A stretch of 64,000 nucleotides of DNA from Candidatus Buchananbacteria bacterium RIFCSPHIGHO2_01_FULL_44_11 (GCA_001817345.1 MHIE01000019.1:10380-74379), one strand, 5' to 3'. Shown: positions 34,840-46,006, counted from the first letter of the stretch. Numbers and translations: made by a program. The notes: generated by a model not told the origin, from the letters alone.

Positions 34840-35709
34840 ATGGTTAACTTAGATAATGATTTAAAACAAAAGATCCTGCGGTTTCAAAAAGTTGAGATTA
34901 CTGAATACCAGGTCTATAAAAAGCTGGCCGCTTACAGCCCGGAGCCGAATAAAACCGTTTTGAATAAAATTGCTGAGGATGAGAAACGCCATGGCCAAAT
35001 TTGGCAAAATTATACCCAGACCCAGCTAGCCCCAGACGGACTAAAAATTTTTTTCTATACTGCTTTGGCTAAAATTCTTGGCCTAACCTTTGCTTTGAAA
35101 ATCATGGAAAACGGCGAGGAAAAAGCTCAGGCCGGTTATCAAAAAGTCATTAATGCCTTTCCGGAAACTCAAAAAATTTTTGAGGAAGAAAAACATCACG
35201 AGCAGGAATTACTCAATATCATTCAAGAAGAAAAGTTGGACTACATCGGTTCCATTGTTTTAGGTTTAAACGATGCCCTGGTGGAGTTAACCGGCGCGCT
35301 GGCCGGCTTAAGCCTGGCCCTCCAAAATACCCGACTAGTGGCGGTCGCTGGTACCATCACTGGAGTCGCGGCCGCCATGTCAATGGCCGCCTCCGAATAC
35401 TTGTCAAAAAAAGCCGAGGAACAAAAAACGCCGTTTAAATCCGCTGCCTATACCGGCGCTTTCTATATCATCACTGTTATACTGCTAGTGATACCGTTTT
35501 TTGTCTTTAATAGTTACAAAATCGCGCTGCCATTGACGCTAGTGATTGCCATTTTGATTATTGCCGCGTTTAACTTTTTTTCCGCCGTGGTTAAAAATAC
35601 TTCTTTCAAAAGTAAATTTCTGGAAATGGCGGCAATTAGTTTGGGCGTAGCGACCATCTCGTTTGGCATCAGCTACCTTTTAAAAACTTTTATCGGCATT
35701 GAAGCTTAA
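34840..35709 (+). CDS. Ferritin-like (rubrerythrin-type) domain fused to VIT1/CCC1 family membrane transporter
   Basis: N-terminal four-helix ferritin-like domain with EKRH/EKHHE diiron motifs. C-terminal TM region matches VIT1. Confidence 0.7.
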   Translation: MVNLDNDLKQKILRFQKVEITEYQVYKKLAAYSPEPNKTVLNKIAEDEKRHGQIWQNYTQTQLAPDGLKIFFYTALAKILGLTFALKIMENGEEKAQAGYQKVINAFPETQKIFEEEKHHEQELLNIIQEEKLDYIGSIVLGLNDALVELTGALAGLSLALQNTRLVAVAGTITGVAAAMSMAASEYLSKKAEEQKTPFKSAAYTGAFYIITVILLVIPFFVFNSYKIALPLTLVIAILIIAAFNFFSAVVKNTSFKSKFLEMAAISLGVATISFGISYLLKTFIGIEA

Positions 35710-35761
35710 ATTAGATTATTTATTTAAAATTTAGAATTTAAAATTTTAAATTAATTCAAAT

Positions 35762-36712
35762 ATGGCCCAAAAAAAGAGTAAAACTGAATCCACTCGCGTG
35801 GTGATTATCGGCACCGGTTCAGTCGGCGCCACGACCGCTTTTGCCTTAATGACTCAGGGTATTGCCTCAGAAATCGTTTTAATTGACCGCAATAAAAACA
35901 AAGCCCAGGGCGAAGCTAAAGACCTGGAACAAGGATTGTCTTTTGTGCCCCAGGCTAAAGTTTGGGCCGGCGGTTACGCCGACTGCCGGCAGGCTGACGT
36001 AATTATCATTACCGCCGGCCTGGCCCAAAAACCCGGCCAGACTCGGCTGGAGCTGACTAAAACTAACGGCGAAATCATCAAAGGCATAATTAAAGAAATC
36101 AAGCGTTACACTAAAGACGCGATTATTCTGGTGGTGACTAATCCGCTAGACGTAATGACTTACCTCGCCAGTAAAGAATCGGGTTTTGCCGCCGGCCGGG
36201 TTTTAGGCAGCGGCACGACTTTGGATTCTTCGCGCTTCCGTTATTATTTGGCTAAAAAAACCGGACTAGCGGCAACTAGTGTTGGCGCTTATCTCCTCGG
36301 TGAACACGGCGACAGTTCAGTACCGGTTTATTCTCATGTTAACGTCATGGGTGAACCTATAGGTTCACTGCCCGGCGCCACCAAAAAAGCGGCGGTGGCT
36401 GCTTACAAAACCGCCCGGAATGCCGCTTATGAAGTGATCGCTAAAAAAGGCGCCACTTACTACGCCATTGCCTTAGCCGCGTCCAGACTGGTCCGGGCCA
36501 TTCTTTACGATGAAAACCACGTCTTTCCGGTTTCGGTGCTGCTGAAAGGCGAATATGGCCTTAAGGACGTCTGTTTGTCCGTCCCGGCGGTCATTGGCCG
36601 GACTGGCGTCAAAAAAATCATCAAAGTCAAATTAAACGCAGCTGAAACAAAACAATTGCACCGCTCGGCTAAAATCATTCAAAAGGCAATTGCCGACGTC
36701 AAAAAAAAGTGA
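35762..36712 (+). CDS. ldh: L-lactate/malate dehydrogenase family (LDH-like)
   Basis: VVIIGTGSVGATTAFAL Rossmann, DRNKNKAQGEAKDL, GEHGDS catalytic region. Confidence 0.75.
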   Translation: MAQKKSKTESTRVVIIGTGSVGATTAFALMTQGIASEIVLIDRNKNKAQGEAKDLEQGLSFVPQAKVWAGGYADCRQADVIIITAGLAQKPGQTRLELTKTNGEIIKGIIKEIKRYTKDAIILVVTNPLDVMTYLASKESGFAAGRVLGSGTTLDSSRFRYYLAKKTGLAATSVGAYLLGEHGDSSVPVYSHVNVMGEPIGSLPGATKKAAVAAYKTARNAAYEVIAKKGATYYAIALAASRLVRAILYDENHVFPVSVLLKGEYGLKDVCLSVPAVIGRTGVKKIIKVKLNAAETKQLHRSAKIIQKAIADVKKK

Positions 36713-37443
36713 ATCGCTTTTGGGAAATAGATTTTTTTCGCGGCTTGGGCATTATCCTGATGGTGATTTTTCATACCGCTTACGACTTGACCGCTTTTGG
36801 CCAGGTCGGTTTTAATTTCCAAGTCCTGGGCTGGAAAATATTTGCTTACGCCACGGGCAGTATTTTTCTGCTGCTGGTCGGAGTATCGTTAACGATCAGC
36901 TTGGCCCGGGCAAAAAATAACCAACCGACAAAATTTTTACATTTTAAATCCCTGATTCGCGGGCTTAAAATATTGCTCTGGGCTATGGCTATTACTATCG
37001 TCACCCGCATTTTTTTAGGCGACGGCTTTGTCGTTTTTGGCGTCCTGCATTTAATCGGCTTAGCCACTGTCCTGGCTTATCCTCTGAGAAATTTCAAAAT
37101 CCTTAACGTTAGCCTGGGTTTATTGATAATCGCTTTGGGAGTTTATTTACAAACCCTTAGATCCGCCTCAGCGGCTTTAGTCTGGCTGGGCATTGCTCCA
37201 ATCAATTTTTACTCCGTTGATTATTACCCCTTACTGCCCTGGTTGGGCGTAGTTTTACTGGGTGTCGCTTTGGGCAACTGGCTTTATCCTCAAGGCCAAA
37301 AAAAAATCAAAACTTCTGATTCAGCGCCAAATTTTTTAACAAAAAAAATCGCCTGCCTCGGGCAACATTCACTCTTAATATATCTGATTCACCAACCGAT
37401 ATTGATTGTTCTGCTTTGGTCCGCCGGCTTGATTAAAATTTAA
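36709..37443 (+). CDS. DUF1624-like polytopic membrane protein (acyltransferase-3 related)
   Basis: Six to seven TM helices; EIDFFRGLGIILMVIFH N-terminus. Confidence 0.45.
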   Translation: MNRFWEIDFFRGLGIILMVIFHTAYDLTAFGQVGFNFQVLGWKIFAYATGSIFLLLVGVSLTISLARAKNNQPTKFLHFKSLIRGLKILLWAMAITIVTRIFLGDGFVVFGVLHLIGLATVLAYPLRNFKILNVSLGLLIIALGVYLQTLRSASAALVWLGIAPINFYSVDYYPLLPWLGVVLLGVALGNWLYPQGQKKIKTSDSAPNFLTKKIACLGQHSLLIYLIHQPILIVLLWSAGLIKI

Positions 37444-37446
37444 CCG

Positions 37447-38520
37447 CTACCACCAAATAATCTTTTTGATAATCAACCAGTAAAAATTAAAGATCGGATT
37501 GGCCAAATACTGCAAAAGCGGATTTTTCAGATCTTGAAACTCAATTTTACCGACAAAACGTTTAATCACTTCACAATCGCTTAACCGACGATTTTTTTGG
37601 ATACGCCGGCGAGTGGTGATAATTTTAGCCCAATTCTTCAAACTAAAAAAATAAAAACAAACTGACAGTTCTTGGCGCCAAAAACCGGCAAAAAAAGAAT
37701 AAAACAATAAAGCCAAATCCATGACTAGCCAGGCCGGAAAAATTAAAATCAAGGTCGCTAGCTTGTAATTTTGGAGCATGACCAAGTAACGATTGCGCTC
37801 CATATAATAATATTTCTTGATACTGCGCGAAAATTCGTACTTGTGATAAACAATTGAATCGGGTGCTAAAACTACTTTATAACCGCTGAGCCAAAGCCGC
37901 CAGCCCAAATCAACGTCTTCGTGATACATAAAAAAATCAGGATTAAAAAAACCAACCTCTTTAAGGATTGGCACTTTGAGCAGCATCGCCGCGCCCGAAG
38001 CATAGGTAATTTCTCTGGCCGCCAGCGGATAATCAGTCAGTTTGTAGCCGCCGGCAAAAGCAAAGCCTAAATAATGAATTTCGTTGCCCAGGCTGTTAAT
38101 TTTAGTTTTATCCTGATAAAGCAAAAGTTTTGACTGGACCGCGGCAATCTGAGAATCGGTTTGGGCTAAAGCCACGGCTTGGGCCAAAAAACTCGGGTCA
38201 ACTACGGTATCTTGATTCAAAAGATAAGCGTAGTCAAAGCCGTTAGAGCCGGCATATTCTAAACCAATGTTATTCCCCGCGGCAAAACCGATGTTACTTT
38301 GATTCTCAATTAGTTTAATCTTGGACCAATCTTTTTTAAGATAGTCAACCGAACCATCAGTGGAAGCATTGTCAACCACTAAAACGGCAGACTGCCCGGC
38401 TAGATAATTAATCACCGCCAAGCTCTCCAGACAATCCCGAAGGTAAGTCAGGCCATTGTAGTTGACAATAACAATTAAAACTTTAGTCATTGTGGTGATC
38501 GGGTTTTTCTTCAACCCCAA
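37447..38520 (-). CDS. Glycosyltransferase family 2 with C-terminal membrane segments
   Basis: IVNYNGLTYLRDCLESL, VVDNASTDGS, DxD. Confidence 0.8.
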   Translation of the reverse strand: MGLKKNPITTMTKVLIVIVNYNGLTYLRDCLESLAVINYLAGQSAVLVVDNASTDGSVDYLKKDWSKIKLIENQSNIGFAAGNNIGLEYAGSNGFDYAYLLNQDTVVDPSFLAQAVALAQTDSQIAAVQSKLLLYQDKTKINSLGNEIHYLGFAFAGGYKLTDYPLAAREITYASGAAMLLKVPILKEVGFFNPDFFMYHEDVDLGWRLWLSGYKVVLAPDSIVYHKYEFSRSIKKYYYMERNRYLVMLQNYKLATLILIFPAWLVMDLALLFYSFFAGFWRQELSVCFYFFSLKNWAKIITTRRRIQKNRRLSDCEVIKRFVGKIEFQDLKNPLLQYLANPIFNFYWLIIKKIIWW

Positions 38521-38839
38521 ATTTTTGACGTAAAGCCAGCTCTCTGATCACTTTTGTTGTTTGTTTGTCAATTTTTTCGAGTCGGACCGCCACTTTAAAA
38601 ACTACAAAGAATAAAACAATCACTGAAATATAAACCAATAGATCCACTCCCCTCTCTACCCCGACCAACCGAGCCACCACGTCGGTTTTTTGCGGCCATA
38701 AAGCGGCTAAAATCACCAGCAACCAAAAAACAATCCAAGCTAATAACTCCCGGCCGGTGATGTCTCTGACCTTAAAACGCAAAATCACTTTGGCCAAAAC
38801 AAAAATGGCAAAAATGACAATAAAAAATTGGATAATCAT
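38483..38839 (-). CDS. DUF2304 family small membrane protein (GT2-associated)
   Basis: 118 aa, three TM segments, typical partner of the following GT2. Confidence 0.55.
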   Translation of the reverse strand: MIIQFFIVIFAIFVLAKVILRFKVRDITGRELLAWIVFWLLVILAALWPQKTDVVARLVGVERGVDLLVYISVIVLFFVVFKVAVRLEKIDKQTTKVIRELALRQKFGVEEKPDHHND

Positions 38840-39513
38840 TTGACAATGCGGCTAAAAAATAAATCCCAAATTATCTGCCAGGCACCAGACAGCTTTTGGC
38901 CTTTTTGTAAAGAATAATCAGTGTAGCGAACAATCACCGGCACTTCTTTGAATTTAAGTTTTAATTTTTTAATTTGTTCAATAATTTCTGAGGCATGAGC
39001 CATACCATCCTGGCCAATCACGATCATTTCCGCCGCCGACCGGCTAAAGGCGCGTAAACCATTGTGAGTATCGGTTACTGCTAAGCCGGTATAAAGCCGG
39101 GTGATTGCCACTGCCAGTTTTAAAATTAACCGCTTCAGGGCAGGAATTTGGCTGGCGGCTTTACGGTTTAAAAAGCGAGAACCTAAAACCACCTGAACCT
39201 CCCCGAGTATTAACGGTTGAATCGCAACCTCAATGTCGGATGCCAACAGCTGGCCATCGGCGTCAAAAGTCACAACAATGTCCGCCCCGGCTTTCAGGGC
39301 AAAAAGAATGCCAGTTTGCAACGCTGCTCCCTGGCCACGATTGACTAAATGGGTAACGACGAGAGCCCCGGCCTGCTGAGCCAAAAAACCGGTGTTATCC
39401 GTTGAGCCGTCGTCAACCACGACTACCGAAGAAACCCGGTCTTTAACATCACTGACAACCTGGGTAATCACCCGGGCCTCATTGTAGGCGGGTAAAATGG
39501 CAAAGATTTTCAT
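38836..39513 (-). CDS. Glycosyltransferase family 2 (polyprenyl-phosphate sugar synthase-like)
   Basis: MKIFAILPAYNEA...VVVVDDGSTDNT. Confidence 0.8.
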   Translation of the reverse strand: MKIFAILPAYNEARVITQVVSDVKDRVSSVVVVDDGSTDNTGFLAQQAGALVVTHLVNRGQGAALQTGILFALKAGADIVVTFDADGQLLASDIEVAIQPLILGEVQVVLGSRFLNRKAASQIPALKRLILKLAVAITRLYTGLAVTDTHNGLRAFSRSAAEMIVIGQDGMAHASEIIEQIKKLKLKFKEVPVIVRYTDYSLQKGQKLSGAWQIIWDLFFSRIVK

Positions 39514-40544
39514 CTTGCTTGCTTTAATTTAGTCTCCGGCCGCAGAATTGATTTGTGAGCTTTAACGTAGTTGATGAATTCCTTAATGCCATTCTCCAAA
39601 AGCACAATCGGAAACCAACCCAATCTTTCTTTAGCTAAAGTAATATCGGGCAAACCTAGTGGGGTCATGAATAACAGCGGTTTTTCAAAAACTATTTTTG
39701 AGGTTGAGCCGGTTAATTCAATCACTTTATTAGCCACGTCAACAATATGCTCTTCCAGGTCACTACCTAAATTAATCGGCCCAGCTTCTCCACTTTTCAT
39801 TACTTTGATCAATCCTTGGATCACGTCCGAAATGTAACAAAATGACGAAGAAAAATTTTTGTCACCATAAATCACCAAATCTTTATTCGCCAAAGCGTTA
39901 TAAACAAAATCAGGCAGCATCTGGCCGTCATTTAGTTTCAACCGCGGCCCATAAGTCCTGAAGACTCTGACAATTTTTGTATCCAGTTTGTGCGACTGGC
40001 GATAAGTGTTAATCATGGTTTCGGCAAACCTTTTACCCTCGTCATAGCAGGCCCGCGGACTCAAACAATCGACTGTGCCCAGATTAGATTCGGCAAAGTA
40101 AGGATTAGCCGCCTGTCTTGGCCCGTAGATAACAGCTGAAGAAGTAAATAAAAATTTAGCTTTATACGTCACAGCTAGATCCAAAACATTTTTGATACCG
40201 ACTGAATTAGCCAAGACGGTTTGAATTATATTTTTTTCAAAATTTTTCGGAGAAGTCGGACAGGCCAGATGATAAATTTCCTGAATACCCTGGAATTGAA
40301 TTTTAAACTTTTCCAACTCCGGCAATAATTTCAGGTCAATTGGTTCGTTGATGTCGTGACGAATAAACTGAAAATTGGGATTTTGGAGTAAATGATCAAT
40401 GTTTTGTTCGTCGCCGGAAATAAAATTATCAAGGCAAATTACCTTGTTATTTTTTACCAATTCATCACAAAGATGAGAGCCGATAAAGCCGGCGCCGCCG
40501 GTGACTAAAATATTTTTTTTCTCGAAAATTGGCTTGATTGTCAT
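39510..40544 (-). CDS. NAD-dependent epimerase/dehydratase, UDP-glucuronate decarboxylase (UXS)-like
   Basis: ILVTGGAGFIGSHLCDEL, YxxxK (YDEGKRFAE). Confidence 0.7.
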   Translation of the reverse strand: MTIKPIFEKKNILVTGGAGFIGSHLCDELVKNNKVICLDNFISGDEQNIDHLLQNPNFQFIRHDINEPIDLKLLPELEKFKIQFQGIQEIYHLACPTSPKNFEKNIIQTVLANSVGIKNVLDLAVTYKAKFLFTSSAVIYGPRQAANPYFAESNLGTVDCLSPRACYDEGKRFAETMINTYRQSHKLDTKIVRVFRTYGPRLKLNDGQMLPDFVYNALANKDLVIYGDKNFSSSFCYISDVIQGLIKVMKSGEAGPINLGSDLEEHIVDVANKVIELTGSTSKIVFEKPLLFMTPLGLPDITLAKERLGWFPIVLLENGIKEFINYVKAHKSILRPETKLKQAR

Positions 40545-40597
40545 AAGCTAAAACTTAGAACTTATTAGCAAAAAGAAACCTACTTTATTATATATTT

Positions 40598-41053
40598 TTA
40601 GCGACTTTTAATCAAGGCTGAGCTATTTTTGACTTTAAACGTCCAAAACCGATTAATCAAATAATTCCAGAAAGTAACCGCACCGGTAGCAATCACCCAG
40701 GACCACCGGTAGTCAAGATATAACCATTCGGTCAAAGCATAAATGATACCGGTGGTGATCAATAAACCCGAGACCAAAACAACAATAAATTTTAATAACT
40801 GGCTAAAGGCGGCTGTCCCCCACTCTTTACTCCGAAAAGTCCAGAATTTATTGCTGAAAAAATTAAAGGTGACCGAAACCATGAAACCCAAGGCGTTGGA
40901 ATATAAATACCAAAAATTGAGCCATTCGGTTAAAGAATACAAAATGAAAAAATGAATGACCGCGGCCGCCGAACCGACAAAGCAAAACTTAATGAATTGC
41001 TTAAATGTCGGTCGTTGGTTCAGATACCCCCTGATGGCTGAAAAAAAAGACAT
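40598..41053 (-). CDS. GtrA family membrane protein
   Basis: Four TM segments; FxKFxxVG and FxxNKxWTF motifs. Confidence 0.7.
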   Translation of the reverse strand: MSFFSAIRGYLNQRPTFKQFIKFCFVGSAAAVIHFFILYSLTEWLNFWYLYSNALGFMVSVTFNFFSNKFWTFRSKEWGTAAFSQLLKFIVVLVSGLLITTGIIYALTEWLYLDYRWSWVIATGAVTFWNYLINRFWTFKVKNSSALIKSR

Positions 41054-41055
41054 AA

Positions 41056-43311
41056 TTACAAAATAATCACGGCTGGCCTGACCCCGCCTTTATATTTCAC
41101 ATCATGGCCGGTCAAAACTGATTTAAGCTCGCCCGCATAGTTAAAGACTTTCAGCTCCGAATTACCGCTCACCGAACGGCCGGCGATAATTTCGTCAATG
41201 CCGTCATTATCAATATCGCCTGCCGCCAATTCCACGCCGGCAAAATAATTAGGCTCAAAAGCAAAAAAATTGGCTAACTGCGTTCCCTGACGATTAAACA
41301 CTCGGACTGTCGGTGTGGCGTTCTTTTGCGGGCTGACAATAATTTTAAACTGACCGTCGCCAAAAATATCGCCCACGGCCACATTGACCCCGCCGGTGAA
41401 AGTTTGATTATAGGCAAAAAATTGACTTAAGACAGTGCCAGCAGAATCAAAAATTCGAACATGGGGCCCGCCACCCGTGCCGGCACCAGTAACAATTTCC
41501 GCCAGCCCGTCGCCGTTAATGTCTCCAACCGCGACTTTTACCCCGCCGGTAAAATTCTGGTCATAGGCTAAGAAACTTTGAAGTAATTTACCTCTAAAGT
41601 CAAAAACTTTAACCTCAGGTCTTGCGCCTTTGCCGCTGCCCGTGACAATTTCTGCCACGCCGTCCTCATTAACATCCCCGACCGCCACGTTTACCCCACC
41701 CCGGAAAACTTGGTCATAGGCAAAAAATTGGCCTAAGACATGGCCCTCCTGATCAAAGACGCGAACATGGGGTCCGCCACCGTTGCCAGCGCCGGTGACA
41801 ATATCTTGAATCTTATCACCGGTCACATCCCCGGTGGCCACATTAATCACCCCGGAAAAATTAGGGCTATAGGCGTAAAAAGATTTAAACTCCGAACCAT
41901 CTGTCTTTAATATCTTTAACTGAGGAAAAGAACCAAGACCCAGGCCGGCAACTAAGTAAGCTTGTTTGCCAAAACCGGCATTAGCGCCGCGGCTTTCGCC
42001 TAAGGCCGCTTCCAGCGCCCCATCAATGTCCAACTGGCCGGAACCAAGTTTGCCCTGGAAGCCGGGATTATAGATATCAATATTCTGAGTTGAATTCAAA
42101 ATAGAATCACGAATCATCTTGGCGCTGAACTGTGGCCGCAAAGCTTTGATTATGGCGGCGGTGCCGCTGACCAAAGGCGTGGATAAAGAAGTACCGGACC
42201 AATAACCGTTGTAATAACTCTTTAAACTGGCTTGAGTGGCATCGTAAACTTGAGTAGAATAAAATTTTTCGCCCGGCGCGACAATATCAACGCATTTACC
42301 GTAATTGGAAAATTTTGATTTTTTAAAAGTCTGGTCAATTGCAGCTACGCCAATCACCATATTTTCGCCGCCTGAGCCGTCACTGCAGACCGGATAATAT
42401 TCAGTTAAATCCAAATTAACGCCGTCAATATTCGGGTCGGTATTGCCGGCCGCGGCCACAATAATTACCCCGCGGTCATAGGCGCGCTTGATCGCGGCAT
42501 CCAGGCTCTGGCTTTGATTCTGACCGATAAAACTCATGTTGATCACGTCCGCACCCGCGTTTATGGCATAATCAATCGCTTTAACCGCCGAGAAAATATC
42601 ACCGGAGCCGGTGCTGTCTAGAATCCGTAAAGGCATGACTTCACTAAACCAGCTAATGCCAGCGATGCCTTCACTGTTATTAATGCTGGCGGCGGCGATG
42701 CCGGCGACAATTGTCCCATGGTTAATCGCACCCAGTTCATAGCCATTAGTCAAGGCCGGATTAGGATCGGCATCGCTACTGACAAAATCCCAGCCGTTGA
42801 TGTCGTCAACATAACCATTTTGATCGTTATCAACTCCGTCGCCTTTTCTTTCGTTGATATTAGTCCAAATTTTATCTTTCAAATCAGGGTGATCCAAATC
42901 CACGCCGGTATCCAAAATGGCAATCACTGACCGCTTGGTAATGCGTTCGGATTCGCGAATCAATAATTCCTTTGACCAAGCCGACCGGATATTAACCATC
43001 TGCAGATACTGCTGTTTTGGATATTCCGGATCATCGGGAAAAGCGGCCACGGCGAGCAAATAGTTTGGTTCAATATATTCAACTTCTGGAAAATTTTGAT
43101 AGCGCTCAATCAATGGCGCTAAATCCAACTGCTGATCAACTTTCAGCCTTAAAATTTCATCACTGTTTTTAAATTTAACTAAAAGTTCTCCGGTCAAAAA
43201 ATTTCCGGGCTGACTGGCTTCAGCCAACCCAGTTAAAGCCGAATAACTAAAAATACCAAAAACCACCAGAATTAAGCCGAAAAAAATTTTTGACTTGATC
43301 AGTTTAGTCAT
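41056..43311 (-). CDS. Secreted subtilisin-like (S8) serine protease with C-terminal FG-GAP/VCBS repeat domain
   Basis: D-H-S triad motifs (DTGVDLDHPDL, HGTIVAGIAAA, GTSLSTPLVSGTAAI) and five or more repeats of GGVNVAVGDVNxDGxAEIVTG. Confidence 0.8.
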   Translation of the reverse strand: MTKLIKSKIFFGLILVVFGIFSYSALTGLAEASQPGNFLTGELLVKFKNSDEILRLKVDQQLDLAPLIERYQNFPEVEYIEPNYLLAVAAFPDDPEYPKQQYLQMVNIRSAWSKELLIRESERITKRSVIAILDTGVDLDHPDLKDKIWTNINERKGDGVDNDQNGYVDDINGWDFVSSDADPNPALTNGYELGAINHGTIVAGIAAASINNSEGIAGISWFSEVMPLRILDSTGSGDIFSAVKAIDYAINAGADVINMSFIGQNQSQSLDAAIKRAYDRGVIIVAAAGNTDPNIDGVNLDLTEYYPVCSDGSGGENMVIGVAAIDQTFKKSKFSNYGKCVDIVAPGEKFYSTQVYDATQASLKSYYNGYWSGTSLSTPLVSGTAAIIKALRPQFSAKMIRDSILNSTQNIDIYNPGFQGKLGSGQLDIDGALEAALGESRGANAGFGKQAYLVAGLGLGSFPQLKILKTDGSEFKSFYAYSPNFSGVINVATGDVTGDKIQDIVTGAGNGGGPHVRVFDQEGHVLGQFFAYDQVFRGGVNVAVGDVNEDGVAEIVTGSGKGARPEVKVFDFRGKLLQSFLAYDQNFTGGVKVAVGDINGDGLAEIVTGAGTGGGPHVRIFDSAGTVLSQFFAYNQTFTGGVNVAVGDIFGDGQFKIIVSPQKNATPTVRVFNRQGTQLANFFAFEPNYFAGVELAAGDIDNDGIDEIIAGRSVSGNSELKVFNYAGELKSVLTGHDVKYKGGVRPAVIIL

Positions 43312-43320
43312 GGAATCAGG

Positions 43321-45783
43321 CTAAGTGCCGGTTTGATTTTCTTTTAGAAGCTTAATAAATTCAGAGGCGCTGGGCGCTTGGGGATTAAGAGCTGAGCCCT
43401 GGCTGGCGGCGTCAGTGGCCTTATTTTCGTCGCCGCTGGCAAAATAAATGCTGGCCAGCATAAAATAGGCGTCAGAATTTTGGGGTTCTAAATTGATAAT
43501 TTGAGATTGCATGGCAATGGCCCCAGGATAGTTATTAACTCGCAGATATAAATCGCGCAAGACACCGTAATCATTTATGGTTAAAATCTTATTCATCTGA
43601 AACAAAGTGGCAAACTCTTGGTCAACTAAAGCCGCCTGATCGGTCAAAATCCCGACTGAAATCAAGCTCAGATGGGATTCTACGACCCAAGGTGCTTTAT
43701 CTACTGCCAGCTGAAAATACTCAATCGCCTTCTTAGTATCACCTTTAAACAGATAAGACTGACCCAGTTCCAAGTAAAGTTGCGGCCGGTCTGGGCTCAA
43801 CGGTATCCCCTGATTGATGAGGGTAATGGCTTTATCAACCCGGCTGGAATCGAGCCTGGCGGTATCATTATAAAACCCGGCTAGCCATAAATGATGCCGG
43901 ACATTCCACGGCTCATCTTTGACGCTTTTTTCCAGTTCAGTTAAAGCTCGATCAACGATCTGAGTTCTCTGGCTCCCAGGAATTTGATTATTTCTAGCGA
44001 CATTAATGGCAAAGTTAGAAAATTGTTGCCGGAGCTCAAACCGACCAACGACTGTGGTGGCGATCGATTTTTCAAAATATTCAGAGGCCAATGTAACGTC
44101 GTTAGTAGTTAAGGCTTTGTAGATATAGTTATTCGCTTTTAAGGTTCTAAAATTGACAAGAAGACCGATTACTAAAATAACAGCGACAATTGGCAGCAAA
44201 TAAAATTTAGCGTTCGTGTCGGCTTGGGCTACCGGCGGATAAACCGTTTCCGAATTTTCCTGGTCTGGATGTAATGTTAAAAAGACAACAAAAGCTAAAA
44301 ATAAATAAAACAATATTTCCGTGTTCAAAGTGTCAAAGACAAAAAAATTCTGGACAAAATAGGCAACGATCAAACCAATAAAAAGCCAGCTGGAACTAAG
44401 CGACCGATTTTTTTTATAGATCCGCAATAACGACCGGGCCGCCAAAAGAAGCATCGCTAAGTAGGCCGCCAAACCGATAATGCCGGTCGTGACGCCAACG
44501 TCAAAAATAATGTTATGAGCCCGGTCAAACCAAATTTGGGAACCGGAATCTTTAAAAATCTTGACTGGGAAATATTTATTAAAGGCATAGGCATAGTCTT
44601 CCGGGCCGTAGCCAATTAAAAACGACTTAACTGACTCGGTCCAGCCTCGCCAGCTGGCCTGCCAGGTCAGTAACCGGGATTCACTGGTAATGTCAGTTAG
44701 CGAAATATTAGCCAAACGATTCAGGGTTGGAACGTTTTTGACCACCGGCAAATCTTTCAAAGCCAAAAGGCTAAACGGTAAAATCAGTAAAACGACCAAA
44801 AAACCAAGGCCAAAAGTTTTTAACTTTTTGCCCCGGGGTAAAAAGAGCAAAACTAAACTCAAAAAAATCGCGCTGGCAAAAATACCCAGCATGGCGCCGC
44901 GAGTTTGGGTGTTGAAAAAAATCAAAAACTCAAATAAAAAAACCAGGGTTAAAAGAATTCGGACAGAATATTTTTTTGCCCGCAAAAACCAGGCGGCGAC
45001 AATCAGTAGTTGTAAAGTTAAAAACGGATAAAACAGGGCGGGATATTTGATCGCCTCGCTTAAAACCGGCACTTTGAAAAAATTAAAAAACTGCCAATCG
45101 GCCAGGGGGAAAATTTTATATAGAATAGCAGCTAAAACCAAGTAAGCGTCAAAGGTAAAATTACTGAAACTAAACAACTTAAGGTTAAAGCGGTTCTCTT
45201 GAGCCCAAAAATAAACAATGAAAAACAGGTTGAAAAGTAGATAGGCGGCAAAAAAAGTGGCATTGCCCAGCGTACCGGTCAGCCGGCTGCCGCCTGAAGA
45301 CTGCATTAAAAACGGTACTTGGAGCCATTGGGCAAAAGCAAAAAAACTCATCAATAGGCTGGCAAACACCGAAAAGCTGAAAAAATTGTGCCAGTCTTTT
45401 TTTTGTTTAAAAACATTGAACAAAACAAAAAAATATAAAACTAGATGGAGGTGATGGAATAAACCGCTCATCCGTTCATAATTGCCCCAAAAACTGCCGT
45501 AGGGGCCGAGACTAAAAACTGTCGCCACGGTCGAAATGCCAAAAAAAGCTAAAACCGCCCAAACCAATTGGTTAAACTTAGGCCGGTAGACCGGCACCAA
45601 GGAGGCTAAAATTATATAAGCGGCCAGGATAATTTCAACCGCTATTCTGAATAAAACATTCTTCAAGACAATGAACGGGAAAAAAAAGTGACTGTTCATC
45701 ACCAAGGGTAAAAAAATAGTCAGTAAAACGCCGACTTTTATCACTGTCAGAAGAATCCGGATGAATCTTTGTTGGTTAAGCAT
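43321..45783 (-). CDS. O-antigen ligase-like (Wzy_C) polytopic membrane protein with C-terminal TPR repeats
   Basis: About 12 TM segments, then TPR-like helical repeats in the last ~300 aa. Confidence 0.55.
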   Translation of the reverse strand: MLNQQRFIRILLTVIKVGVLLTIFLPLVMNSHFFFPFIVLKNVLFRIAVEIILAAYIILASLVPVYRPKFNQLVWAVLAFFGISTVATVFSLGPYGSFWGNYERMSGLFHHLHLVLYFFVLFNVFKQKKDWHNFFSFSVFASLLMSFFAFAQWLQVPFLMQSSGGSRLTGTLGNATFFAAYLLFNLFFIVYFWAQENRFNLKLFSFSNFTFDAYLVLAAILYKIFPLADWQFFNFFKVPVLSEAIKYPALFYPFLTLQLLIVAAWFLRAKKYSVRILLTLVFLFEFLIFFNTQTRGAMLGIFASAIFLSLVLLFLPRGKKLKTFGLGFLVVLLILPFSLLALKDLPVVKNVPTLNRLANISLTDITSESRLLTWQASWRGWTESVKSFLIGYGPEDYAYAFNKYFPVKIFKDSGSQIWFDRAHNIIFDVGVTTGIIGLAAYLAMLLLAARSLLRIYKKNRSLSSSWLFIGLIVAYFVQNFFVFDTLNTEILFYLFLAFVVFLTLHPDQENSETVYPPVAQADTNAKFYLLPIVAVILVIGLLVNFRTLKANNYIYKALTTNDVTLASEYFEKSIATTVVGRFELRQQFSNFAINVARNNQIPGSQRTQIVDRALTELEKSVKDEPWNVRHHLWLAGFYNDTARLDSSRVDKAITLINQGIPLSPDRPQLYLELGQSYLFKGDTKKAIEYFQLAVDKAPWVVESHLSLISVGILTDQAALVDQEFATLFQMNKILTINDYGVLRDLYLRVNNYPGAIAMQSQIINLEPQNSDAYFMLASIYFASGDENKATDAASQGSALNPQAPSASEFIKLLKENQTGT

Positions 45784-46006
45784 TATTTTAATTTTAAAAT
45801 TTAACAGCTGGAACTCTAATCCTAGCCTAATATAATAAAATAATCATACCAAAAAATCGGTTTTCCGGCAAGGTAAAAAATGATTAACCTTGACTTATTC
45901 AACCACTTATAATATAGTCTAAAAGCAGCAAACGCAGTACAAAGCGATTGCTGGCTGAAGCAATAATACATTGCTACAGATTGTTCTCTAAACAAAGGAG
46001 AGTTAC